Below, piece after piece: positions 48,980 to 60,962 of a DNA stretch of 64,000 nucleotides. How positions within the stretch are numbered: the stretch's first letter is position 1; every line of letters starts with the position of its first letter. A model generated the notes under the pieces. That model searched no databases, was not told the origin of the DNA, and worked only from the letters and a program-made list of their open reading frames with translations. The translations under genes and the position numbers were made by a program. This stretch comes from Macrostomum lignano. Its lineage: Eukaryota. Location: contig NIVC01000110.1 in assembly GCA_002269645.1 (NCBI GenBank), forward strand, positions 868,001-932,000. The letters are read 5' to 3'.

Positions 48980-49689
48980 ATCTATAATGATAAATTTTTA
49001 ATTTATATAGCGATATAGCAAAAGTTGCCTAGTTGAGTTATTTATTTAAAACCAAAAAAACTTTTTTTTATTTATAAAGAGAAAAAAGTTGAATATTTTC
49101 TATCATATAATCATGTTTTAATATTTGAAGTTTTTTTTATTTCTTTGACTAGAATCATCTTGGTAGGTATAAGCAATTTATAAAACTTTTTAATTTTTAT
49201 AGAAACAAACCAGAGCTAATTTGTTAGGCTAACCAAAATAACTGATTAGTCTTAGCTTTAGCTCCAATGTTAAGTTCAACCTTAGTCTCAACTCTTAGGT
49301 AAAGTGGTTTAGCCTTAGCCTTAGCTCCTAGGTAAACTACTTTCATTTCAGTCTTGTTCCTAAATAAATTATATATGATGCTTCCTTTAAGGCCTTAGCC
49401 TAATCAGCCTTAGCTTTTAGCTAATGCATAGGAGCTTTATACTAATGTTTGTCCCTTTGAAGTTCTGCCAACAATTGCAGAAGAGTCACTTAAATTACAT
49501 TTGAGCTAGAGTAACCTATTCGATATAAAAAAAATATTGTTGATATAGGAAAATATGCTTGTTTAAGAATGGCAATATAAACTAATGATAGTTTTTAGAA
49601 TAGAATGCCATATGGCTACATCATTATTTATTACAAATCTTTTATAATCAGGTTATCTAGTTCCATTCAATTAGAGGGTCTTACTTAAG

Positions 49690-50280
49690 CTTATAGATTT
49701 TGGCAATAGTGCAGTTTTGTTTGTGAAATTATTTTTCATTTAAATTTGAAAGTTTGAAACCAGAAAACAATAACAACGATGTTTTAAACCATTATAGCGA
49801 CTGTGCCAGAGCTCACTGGTCACGGAACTTTAAAGCAAATGGGCGCTCTATTAATATACTTTTTTTCATTAAATCTGTGCCACACTCGAATGCTACTTGA
49901 AATGCAAGTTGTCTATAGAAAAAATAGTTTAAAAAAATCGAAAGGGGCTCAAGTGGGGAGGGGGCTTGAACTGTTTCCCTTTAGCTAAGAAGCTGCTAAT
50001 ATCTGCTTTTTCTTTTGGACAACATATTGCATCATGGCTGGACGACCACCAAGACCCTCGTGGATAATTCTGCCAAATGAAGTGCTGCCAGCGAATGCTC
50101 TACCGCAACTAGAGCTAAATGCACGCGATCTGATGGCTGCCACGGTCTCTGCCACAAATTGTTAGAATGGTTTAAAACATCATTTTTATTGTTGTTATTG
50201 TTTTTTTGGTTTTGAACTTTCAAATCCAAACGAAAAATAATTTCACAAACAAAACTGCACTATTGCCTAGATTTTATATG
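49690..50280. mobile_element. MITE-like element with ~130-bp degenerate inverted arms
   Basis: GGCAATAGTGCAGTTTTGTTTGTGAAATTATTTTTC (~49701) is the reverse complement of GAAAAATAATTTCACAAACAAAACTGCACTATTGCC (~50232). Confidence 0.6.
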
Positions 50281-50982
50281 CTAGCAATAAATTTGTTAAC
50301 AATTGATAGTATTATAATTGCTACCTACAAATCATATAGATATTTGATTCTAAGAAGCAGTAAATATGACCTAATACAAGCTTATAATGCTACTTGCTTG
50401 GCCAATAATGGCAATGTAGCATAGGGCCTACTTAGCATTTTCTATCTAGAAGGAATATTGGGAGTTGTTCAAAAGATTTGCTACTTTTAGAATTTATTGT
50501 TACAAGATAGATTATGAATTATATTTTCAATATTATCATAATTATTTCACTGACTGACTAACTTAATAGTTGGTCAAAGGTACCTAGTATATAGACTAAC
50601 AAAAGATAGAACAAAAAGGTAAAGTATTTAGTCTAATGGTTACTATACTATAGACTTCTATTATATCCCATTGCATATATCATAGTTGGCTAATATTTTA
50701 AAGCAATATGGCTAGAACTACAACTAGGCTAATATCAATTTGTTTTAGTCAAAAGTTTAAACTAATAATGATTAGAAAAAAGGCATAAAAATTAAAGAGC
50801 AAAGCTAGATATAAATAGCTAGCTTCTTTTTTATATACATATATATTGCTTTACTTGCTAAACAAAGAGGCACAGAATCAGATAGTTATTCTCTAGGCTA
50901 AGCTAGTATGTACTACCTATAAAAAGTCATTATCATTGGCCTAATAAATATAAATAGCTGCAAAAACAACTCAAAGATCAAA

Positions 50983-52530
50983 CAGGGTGACCGCGCTCCA
51001 GTAACTTTTTTCTTCCCTGACTAAACTAAATTTTCCCTGACACACTAAAAGTAATAGAAGAAGCTCAGTGATAGTTGTGCACAATAATTTTATTGCAACA
51101 AACTGTTGCGCATTAAAAAGTCAGCAATGTTGAGATTAATTTAATTTGAATTGAAGTTGAAACAGCGCATGTATTGGCAATAATTTGTTTGAATTAATAA
51201 TGAAAAATTAATGCACCGGAAACTGACCACAAAAAAACGTAGTGTTTGATAAAAAATTGCATGAAAAATATCAAGTACTAACTTTTATTGTATGTGGCGC
51301 ACAGTAAAACAAAGTTAAGAGATGTAGCACTGTAGTTAAAATTGAGTTCAATGAGGAATCGTACCTTCAAGTGCTACAATCTCTTTCTCTACCTTCTCCA
51401 CTTCTTCCTTTTTCTGTTGTGCAGCACGACGCAGTGCATTTGACTTCACGAGTAGGCTCATGTTTGAATCCGTCTCACATTGGTACACGAGGCTATCCGC
51501 ATCTTTGGTGAGAACTGCAACATCAAGCAGGAGCTTCTTTTGCTTCGACTGGAGCTCCAGCACCGTTGCATCCTTCCTTTTCCTTGATTCCTCGTATTTC
51601 CGATGAGATGCTTCTGCTCGCTGCTGCTCCAACATGGCCCTGTACCTACTCCTGGCACTTCTCACACTCTTCAACATCTCCTCGGTAACTTTCGCGATGA
51701 TTTCAGCGGCAGTCTTTCCCTTTTGCCACTCGTACACAAGTCGGAGAGAACGAATGCTCAATCCCTGAAGATTTGGTTCTAGGCACTCTTTGTTGACACT
51801 GAAGCCGCGCTCAACAGCAGCATTCCCATGGAAGGTTGTCAGAACCATCTTCACAATGATCTGCAAATTATTGGTACTCGTTGAATCAGTGAAGAGGGAA
51901 GCAAAGAGGACATCAAGTCGGTCTGACTTATAGTCGAATTGAGACAGCTGAAATCGATGCTCACGAACTGTAACAGTTCGAAACTGGGTGAACTCGGACT
52001 TTGCAGCGTCAGCTTCCTGTGCAGTGATGCGTCCCTTAGTGTAGGCTTCCAGGACAAGCGCATCAAAATCTGCTTGAGCCGGTGATGAGGATGGTGGGTC
52101 ACTATCCAATTCTGCCACCAGCACAGAAAAACAAAATATACACCTTTCTATTAATGGCCTGGTTAATATATTATCATAGTATGGACTATATATTTTACTG
52201 TCAGTGTGATTAGCACAGCAATTATAGATTAGCAATATGTAGGCCTACAAGCCCATAAATTATTCATTTAAGAACAAGTATCTGCCAATTTCAAATAAAT
52301 ACCAGCTTTTAAAAACAAAAATACATGGAACAAACAAAACAGATTTACTATTCGAGCTACTTAGTGCTATCGATTAGCCGCTTTCTTGTCTCACAATTTT
52401 TTTCTTCAATTTTCTAATTTACTTTCAAATTTTCCCTGACTTCCTAAGAATTTCCCTGACTTTCCCTGACTTTCCAGACCACATTTTTTTCCCTGACTTT
52501 CCCTGACTTTCCCTGACCGCGGTCACCCTG
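50983..52530 (-). mobile_element. Internally deleted hAT-superfamily DNA transposon with a 5-bp TSD
   Basis: TIRs CAGGGTGACCGCG and CGCGGTCACCCTG. TCAAA lies immediately on both sides. Subterminal TTCCCTGAC repeats; carries a transposase 3' fragment. Confidence 0.8.
51348..52120 (-). pseudogene. hAT-like transposase C-terminal exon (dimerisation/catalytic Glu region)
   Basis: ...IIVKMVLTTFHGNAAVERGFSVNKECL...RLVYEW...MLKSVRSARSRY... The HGxAxVERGFS motif carries the third catalytic residue. A candidate acceptor GTGGCAG lies near 52113. No N-terminal part is present. Confidence 0.75.
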
Positions 52531-53157
52531 TCAAAGAACAACTCTATTCTATCTATAAGCAACTTGTAACGAAGCTAAAAGACTTAGCATCAATTGATTT
52601 CTTTTATTTTGCTTTTAATTAAAATACAATAAATATAATACAAAGGAATTTGACATTATATAAAGTTAATATACTTATATTGTATATTGTAATAACCAAT
52701 TCATGTAATGCTTATTTATTTTTATCAATTAATTCTAGGCCTATCTACCTATGCAGGCTATGCTACATTTGGTTTAAAACTTATTTATAGGCCCCTATTG
52801 CTAGCAGAATTGTAGATTATTTGCTTTTGTCTTTTTTCTGGGTCTAGTTTATAACTCTATGTATAGGCCTAATGTATGTCTATGGCATGGATCTGGCCCC
52901 AAGGTAAACCTGCAACTTTAAATAAATGTTTTTTTGCAAAATGACACCATGGGTATGGCAACCTGGCTTAAGTGCGATTTTTTTAGTGTAGTGGGTCATA
53001 TATTTTAAAATATAAAAACTAGGCCTTGGCCTAACTTAACCTACTCAACAGGCAACAGCCAACAAATAACTTTATCTAATCTTCTGTTTTCGACAGTCGA
53101 CAGTCGACAGACGACAGGCGCCACACACACTGTGGTCTGTGCCTGTTGTTGACTCAC

Positions 53158-53280
53158 TCATGGCATCGCCTGTTACAATGTGGGTAGCACCTAATTACTC
53201 CGCCTTCAGCTTCTGACCGCCGCCATACTGGCCCTCGCCCCAGACACTCCCACAGTGCCCGGTTGTCACACACTGAAGTT
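53158..53280 (-). promoter_or_regulatory. Candidate promoter-proximal 5' non-coding exon, possibly of TAF4
   Basis: GC-rich island in AT-rich flanks with a YY1-like ATGGCGGCGG (minus strand) and the donor GA|GTGAGT at 53158. A matching acceptor CTGACAG| lies at 47412, just before the TAF4 frame. Inference only. Confidence 0.35.
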
Positions 53281-53379
53281 AATTAAAAGTAGTAGTAGTA
53301 GTAGGCCTAAGTTAAACGTATCTGTTTCCCCATAGATATTCGTATTGATATTCAATTTCTAACAAATGCAACAAAATAA

Positions 53380-54995
53380 ACCTACTTGTACAGCTCGGAT
53401 TTGCATGAAAATTTACAGAAAAATTATTACACACAAAACAAACACCTCTGTGAAACTTCAAGTCCATCAGACCACGCAAAGCGGAATGGCAAGAGTTTTA
53501 AAGGTGCTCGTATTTATAATGCATTGTATATGCGCACAGTGTATAACATGTATGCCCATTTGCAACACTTGTACAGCTCGGATTTGCATGAAAATTTACA
53601 GAAAAATTATTACACACAAAACAAACACCTCTGTGAAACTTCAAGTCCATCAGACCACGCAAAGCGGAATGGCAAGAGTTTTAAAGGTGCTCGTATTTAT
53701 AATGCATTGTATATGCGCACAGTGTATAACATGTATGCCCATTTGCAACACTTGTACAGCTCGGATTTGCATGAAAATTTACAGAAAAATTATTACACAC
53801 AAAACAAACACCTCTGTGAAACTTCAAGTCCATCAGACCACGCAAAGCGGAATGGCAAGAGTTTTAAAGGTGCTCGTATTTATAATGCATTGTATATGCG
53901 CACAGTGTATAACATGTATGCCCATTTGCAACACTTGTACAGCTCGGATTTGCATGAAAATTTACAGAAAAATTATTACACACAAAACAAACACCTCTGT
54001 GAAACTTCAAGTCCATCAGACCACGCAAAGCGGAATGGCAAGAGTTTTAAAGGTGCTCGTATTTATAATGCATTGTATATGCGCACAGTGTATAACATGT
54101 ATGCCCATTTGCAACACTTGTACAGCTCGGATTTGCATGAAAATTTACAGAAAAATTATTACACACAAAACAAACACCTCTGTGAAACTTCAAGTCCATC
54201 AGACCACGCAAAGCGGAATGGCAAGAGTTTTAAAGGTGCTCGTATTTATAATGCATTGTATATGCGCACAGTGTATAACATGTATGCTCATTTGCAACAC
54301 TTGTACAGCTCGGATTTGCATGAAAATTTACAGAAAAATTATTACACACAAAACAAACATCTTTGTGAAACTTCAAGTCCATCAGACCACGCAAAGCGGA
54401 ATGGCAAGAGTTTTAAAGGTGCTCGTATTTATAATGCATTGTATATGCGCACAGTGTATAACATGTATGCTCATTTGCAACACTTGTACAGCTCGGATTT
54501 GCATGAAAATTTACAGAAAAATTATTACACACAAAACAAACACCTCTGTGAAACTTCAAGTCCATCAGACCACGCAAAGCGGAATGGCAAGAGTTTTAAA
54601 GGTGCTCGTATTTATAATGCATTGTATATGCGCACAGTGTATAACATGTATGCCCATTTGCAACACTTGTACAGCTCGGATTTGCATGAAAATTTACAGA
54701 AAAATTATTACACACAAAACAAACACCTCTGTGAAACTTCAAGTCCATCAGACCACGCAAAGCGGAATGGCAAGAGTTTTAAAGGTGCTCGTATTTATAA
54801 TGCATTGTATATGCGCACAGTGTATAACATGTATGCCCATTTGCAACACTTGTACAGCTCGGATTTGCATGAAAATTTACAGAAAAATTATTACACACAA
54901 AACAAACACCTCTGTGAAACTTCAAGTCCATCAGACCACGCAAAGCGGAATGGCAAGAGTTTTAAAGGTGCTCGTATTTATAATGCATTGTATAT
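53380..54995 (+). repeat. Left arm: 183-bp tandem unit, ~8.8 copies
   Basis: GTACAGCTCGG recurs at 53388, 53571, 53754 and so on, every 183 bp. Confidence 0.97.
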
Positions 54996-55201
54996 GAATT
55001 CCAATCCCAGCCGGAACTACTTTTGCTTGTGTTCCAGAATATGAAGTTATACTCAAACACAGAACTTGTTAATAATTATAGGATAGAGTTAAAAATAAAA
55101 GTGGAGTATAAGTTCGTATAAAATTAGAATTTGAGGCAAGCATTAATCACATGTTGGCTTGTGGTGTTGCCCAAGAATGTCAGGCAATGTCTGTCTTAAA
55201 A

Positions 55202-56298
55202 CAAGTATTGGCAAACTCCGGCCTCTGTCCCTGCGCCTCCCTACGTCCCTAGATTCCTTTGAAACTTCAGTCAATTCTCTACTGTTTCCTCTCTTCTCTA
55301 TCGTCTCTCATCCTTTCCCTCCCATCTCATCTCATCTCTTTTTTCCTCTCTCCTTTATTTCTTCCTTCTCCCCGATCTTTTCTTGTCTCTCCTTATCTTT
55401 CTTTGGTTTTTCTACTCTCTTCTCTCTCATTGCTTTATCATCTCTCCTTTCTCTTCTTATTTTCTGCTCTCTTATCTCTTCTTATTTATCTCTGCTCTCT
55501 ACTCTCTATTCTCTCTCCCCTCTGTATAAATTCTCACTCCTCACTCTCCCCTCTTTCTTGACACTTCCCACTTCTCTCCTCTCTCCGATCTCTTCTCTCT
55601 ACTCTCCCCCGATCTGCTCTCGTCTCTCATCTCTTCTATCATCTCTTTACTCTCTCCTCTCTCGTCTCAATCCTCTGTAATATATCTTTCCTGCCTCATA
55701 CTCTCTCTCATTATCTGATCTGTAGTCTCCTTTTATCATCTCTCCTCTCTCAACTTCCTCCACTACTCTCACCTCTCCTCTCCATCTCTCTCTCCCTCGC
55801 TCTTATCTCTCCACTCATCTCTCTGTTCTCTGCTCTCCCATCTCTCATCTCCTTACTATATTCTCTCCCCTCTCCGTTCTTCTCTTTCCTCTCCTCTCCC
55901 CTGTCTCTCCCTTTCCCCTCTCTCCCTTTTGCTCTCGATTCTCTCCCATCTTTTCTCCTCTTTCCTCACTCCACTTCTCTCTCTCCCTTTGTCTCTCCTC
56001 TCTGCTTTCGTGTCTGTAATAGATTCTCTCTTATCACTTCTATCTCCGCTGTTCTCTATTCTACCATCTGTCGTCTGTTCACTCTCGTATCTGCTCTCTC
56101 GATCATCTCTACTCTCTATTCTGTTATCTTTACTCTTATATGTTCTCAAATCTCTCCTCTGTACTATTTTCTTTCCCCTCTTATGACTCCTCTCTTCCAA
56201 TCTCTTCTCTCCTCTCTCTCCACTCTCTAATCTCTAATCTCTTCTCTCTCATCTCTACTTTCTCCTCTTCCCTCTCTCTCCCATCTCATCTATCTCCT

Positions 56299-56353
<55 letters not shown>

Positions 56354-56470
56354 CTCTCTCTGTCTCATCTCATCTCTCTCATCTCTACTTTCTACTCTCT
56401 CTTCTCCTCATTTCATCTCTCTTCTTTCTCCTCCAATTTGCAGCCCTGAGAGGAATTTGTGTATCTCCAG
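55202..56470 (+). mobile_element. hAT-MITE-family copy with a ~1.2-kb CT tract, nested inside the Mutator element
   Basis: Starts CAAGTATTGGCAAACTCCGGCC...TCCTTTGAAACTT, compared with CAGGGGTCGCCAAACTCCGGCC...TCCTTTGAAACTT at 27045. CT-rich from 55270 to 56440; the right end is degenerate. Confidence 0.6.
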
Positions 56471-57168
56471 CTCCACTGCACTCCAGCAGTCTAACAACCT
56501 ATATTGCGTAGCTACTTTCTTATATCTATCTTCAGTTCATGTGCACTCGTCCTGTTTACTGTTTTTTGCCTCTCTGTCCAGCTATCTCTCTCCCTTGCTG
56601 CATTCTGATTGGCTATTTATTATCGTCTCTTTCTTTAGTCGCGCACCCACCCCTATTTTTCTATCAGCACACTCCCCACCCCTCTCTTTTAGTTTAATCT
56701 CTGATAAATGTAGACCTGCACGCTTGGTCCCTGCGTCCCACTTACTAGTTGCTTCTTTAATTTCAATTCTAAGTAAATTTTCTCATTTTCTCTTGAACGA
56801 ATACTAGATTCTATATAAGCAATAACTTAACTGACCATTGAATTTTTCAAATATGTGGACTCGTGGACTCGTATTTTTCTTCGTAGTACTGACCACAATT
56901 CTAGTAACTTTCTGTTTTGGACTGCCATCAAAAGAGCAGGTATTTGCAGTTTCATAACTTTCTGAATGCATGCAATGTCGAAACTGGATCTTTATCCGTA
57001 ATTTTAAATGGGTTATTCCTATTTTAGGCTCAATCTAAAGTCAGTACAGCCAGTAGAATTTATCCTCCTCCAACTGGCTTTCGTCACTCTACACCACTTT
57101 ATGTGTTCTTATGTCGGGCACTCAAAATTCGAAACCGACTGCGATCGCGGGTATATCTTTGGGGTCTA

Positions 57169-58203
57169 ATGAATAGGTCGCTACATGTACCCCAGTCAAC
57201 TGAGACGACTGATGCTGCAGGACGTTCCAACAGTGCATGTAGCCAGAAGAGCAAGAAAAATAAACCGACTGGAAAAGTCCAAGGAAAGAAAGCTCAGAGA
57301 TCGAAAAATAGACGTGCATATAATACAGCTGGCCAAAAACATTCAACGTTAAACGGGAGACGTCAGGCTGATAAAACGATTTATGAACCCAGCGACCCTA
57401 TAGTAGAAAACGACGATGGACAGAAAAGCGAAGATTTTTGCAACGCAGAGAATAGAGAAGAGAGAACAACGCGTGTACAAGTAGATTTGAATGCTACAAG
57501 CTCATCACAATCGACGTCAAACGAACAACCACCAGAAGTTGAGGAAAGTTCTGATGAAACTGGGGAGAATCGGATCGAACTATCGGAGAGTGATATCTGC
57601 AAAATTAACCTATCGGTGGAAGATAGTCAATCTGGACCAAAGTATACGTTTTCAAAAAGTTTTCTTAATGAAGCAGTTTGCCGTGCTATGCGACAAGTCG
57701 CTACGTGCTGTTTGAGGATGACGGGCTATAATCACATTCGAAAGCAGAATTCAAGAAAAAGTAAGCAGAATTTTTGGACAATTAGAGCGGAATGCAAAAT
57801 TGAAGGATGCAGAAGAAATTACGCTTTAATAATGAGAAGACCACCACGTGTTGACGGAACAACATGGTCTTGGGAGGTTATTATCACGGGAAGGTTAAAC
57901 CATCAAGATGCTACGGCTAGTTGTTTTCGTAGAACGACCGAATCAGAAAAACGTGAAATTTACGACGATATAAAAGAGGCCGGTGCCGTTGAAGCATTCA
58001 GAAGACGCTTTCTTGCGATCGAAAATTTACCATTCATTCTGTCGTGCAACTTTGATGCGTGCAAAACCAAAACTGTGATGTATAATTTAAAAAGTAAAAT
58101 GGAGAAAGACGAGAGGTTACACTCTGTTCTTTTTGTTGAGCTTGGAGGTCTACAAGACATTTTTAACTTCGATATCCGCATCCGATTTTTCCTGGAGTCA
58201 TAA
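57169..58203 (+). CDS. Mutator transposase N-terminal part (acidic linker plus putative WRKY/GCM1/FAR1-like DNA-binding domain)
   Basis: ATG at 57169 is in frame with the track ORF. The segment ...FWTIRAECKIEGCRRNY...WEVIITGRLNHQD... shows the Cx4C...H pattern of MULE DNA-binding domains. Confidence 0.7.
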   Translation: MNRSLHVPQSTETTDAAGRSNSACSQKSKKNKPTGKVQGKKAQRSKNRRAYNTAGQKHSTLNGRRQADKTIYEPSDPIVENDDGQKSEDFCNAENREERTTRVQVDLNATSSSQSTSNEQPPEVEESSDETGENRIELSESDICKINLSVEDSQSGPKYTFSKSFLNEAVCRAMRQVATCCLRMTGYNHIRKQNSRKSKQNFWTIRAECKIEGCRRNYALIMRRPPRVDGTTWSWEVIITGRLNHQDATASCFRRTTESEKREIYDDIKEAGAVEAFRRRFLAIENLPFILSCNFDACKTKTVMYNLKSKMEKDERLHSVLFVELGGLQDIFNFDIRIRFFLES

Positions 58204-59771
58204 TGGAGCGTAGTTTAGATCCACTACGTGTTGTATTATTGTCCAACCTTGAAATACAGCTTCTTAGAGCAATTATGTCAGCTCGTACTCCAACAGTGCT
58301 GCATATCGACGCTACTGGCTCGTTAATAGAAAAAAACTGTTCACCTCATCCTGTTCTACTCTATTCTGTCATCACAACTGCTACTGATTCTGTTCCATCG
58401 TCGCCAGTTGGGAATATGATTACAGACTCCCATAACGTTGCATCCATTTCTCACTTTCTAAAACTCCTCCGCCATAGAATTCTGCACTGTGTAAACTCAC
58501 CTTTTTCTGTTGACCTAAATATTCTTTTTATTTCCGACTTTTCATGGGCGCAAATTCATTCATGCTTAGACTTCCACCACACGGACGTGACAACGTACAT
58601 CCAAATGCATTACAATTACTTTATTACGGACACCCCTAGCGAGATTCAATATGGCGTTTTTCTGTGTAGCAATCATATTATAAAGTCAATTTCGGACCAC
58701 TGCAAAAAACACTCCTTGAACCAGCGAAGCCGTCAGCTATTTTTGAAGTTATTTTCTTTAATTCAGTATTCCAGTACGCAAAAACTATCCGTCAACTTCA
58801 TCATGGACACGCTTATTATATTTGGATCTCCGTATGCCGAGCAAACCGTTGCTGCTAGAACTAGGGTAGCAAATTTTCTGAGAGATGGCCATGTTCCAGA
58901 GTATTCCGAATCAATCAACAAAGACTCATTTATACTTCAAGACAAGGATCATGCAAGTATGAACGCGGAAGGTGACGCGATACTGAAAAATTCTCCATAC
59001 TACGAATACTTTAAAAAGGAATTTACCACAATTCAAAATACTCTCGCGCATAAAACCGGTCATTCGCATCTGACAGATAATGAATTCTACAACCCTCGAT
59101 TGATAAACTTTTTCTTGCTTAGATACCTGTCCATCCTCCCTCTATGGGCTATATTTACATGGAATCATTTGATTGCTAAAAATTCAAAGTCTTTTTACTC
59201 AAATGCTCATGTGGAGAGTTGGTTTTCTTCTGTGAAAAGTCGATTTAACACCAAGTCCAGGCTGAGTACCTTCGTAGAGAATTATGTACCCTTTGTACTT
59301 CGTAGAGTTTCAGAGTGCACCATCTCGAGCAAAGTACCTGCTCCAAGTTTTTGCAGAAAAAGGAAGTCATCAATCTCAGAAGAAGCTGCAACTGAAGGTT
59401 GGCAAAAAAGGTCGAGAAATAGCAAGCGTTCAAGATACTCAGATACTAGTAGCAATCAGTATTTTGCTAATGTCGCCGATCCTGACGAAACGGAAAAGAG
59501 TAGCAGTCAGTCCCAACAGAGCAACCCAAAATCAAAACTTCCGGGATGCACAGCTGGTAGGAACAGACCCAATAAAAATTCCAGTCAAAATGGAACCGCA
59601 GATAACAGTAGAAGCAGGTGGCAAAGCAAGAGGAGCACGCGGCAGAAAGGAAGAACGGTGCAAAGCGATAATAGCCAGATTCTCTTCACCCTTCCTGGCT
59701 CTGGAACGGATATTCCCGTAACGCAAGAGCATCGTCAAAGTTTGTTGGGAAGCAACCTGTTAGACTACACG
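58203..59771 (+). CDS. Mutator DDE transposase core; coding segment ends at a splice donor
   Basis: VLHIDATGS (D1), FISDFSWAQIHS (D2), FLCSNH (CxxH), SNAHVESWFSSVK (E). Ends LLDYT|GTAAGT. Confidence 0.85.
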
Positions 59772-59913
59772 GTAAGTATTTTCATAAATACTTACTTACT
59801 TACAATAAATACTTAAGTAAGTATACGTAAATACTTACAATAGAAAATTCAGTTGACTTATGACCTATTTTCACCATTATCTTTTCCTGTCCCTCTTGCA
59901 TTACTCGCGATAG

Positions 59914-60780
59914 ATTTTATTGGCCTATTGCACTGCTATCACATCGAACAACGCCCAAAGGATTGTAATAAGTGAGGGCGACTTTTACTACATATTGAAT
60001 CTATCAGGAGATGAGTTCAACGATGGAGTCCAGAACTTGCTGAGAAGAACTCTCGGATGGAAGGCAAGTTCTGTTAATGAAACAATAATGTCGTTTTTGA
60101 TGCAAAATAAATTTGTACACTTGTAGTGAATTCTCAATGAAAATCTTACGCATGCACCAATTTGAGGTATAAAATTATTTGCTCTCTTGATGTTGCAGGG
60201 CCTGAATCAAATAATCGTGCCTATTTTAAACAGCGGGCATTTTTACTTGATCGTTATTTGCGGCGTTGAACGAAAGGTCTTTGTGCTGGATTCGATTCGG
60301 CGTAATGCGCAAGAGAAGCAAGAGTTTCATGTTCTAATTCGCAAATGGAAGTGAGTACAATAGTTTGTGTACATGTCCAGAGAATAAATAAAAGTGAACT
60401 TAAGTACTGATGTGGCAAATCTGTAAAATTTCTGTTAACTTTCTAGCCGCATATTGGCTTCCGATGGAATAATGGCATTTGTTGACCAAAGCGCTCCGGT
60501 ATTCACCAGCAGCACATCGAAGCCATATGAGCTGGCCACAATGTCGAGAACAATGCAATCTGATGGTCATAGTTGCGGAGTGTTTGTATGCCTGTACGCT
60601 AGGGCATTAGCTCTTGGTTCTGGTCTCCGGTTCAAGAACAATCCGACGGCTCTCGGAAGATACAGACAGTATATCTGGAATGTGATCCAGGCCTACAGCT
60701 ATGGAGGAACGCAGGAAGAGTGCTCAGCCTGTAGCAACACAGAACCTGACGCTTCGGGCGTTAGTCGTCGCATAAATTGG
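59914..60780 (+). CDS. Ulp1/SENP (C48) cysteine protease domain of the transposase gene; exons 59914-60063, 60199-60350, 60447-60780
   Basis: LLDYT|ILLAYC...GWK|GLNQIIVPILNSGHFYLIVI...VFVLDS...QSDGHSCGVFVCLYA contains His, Asp, the oxyanion Gln and Cys. Junctions are phase-consistent; the second intron has a GC donor (AAG|GCAAGT). Confidence 0.85.
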
Positions 60781-60962
60781 GTAAAATACGAGTAATTTTC
60801 CTTTTTTTATTTTTTTAACTACGAATTTCACTTTTGCCAAGCAGATTGCTTAAAGCAGTCATACAGATTGAACTCCAGCTTAAGATGCAGTCGATCGAAT
60901 ATGCAGTCGAGTTGTGCTTACAGCATAATGCGGTTAATTTTCGCTCACCCCTTCATTTCTAG

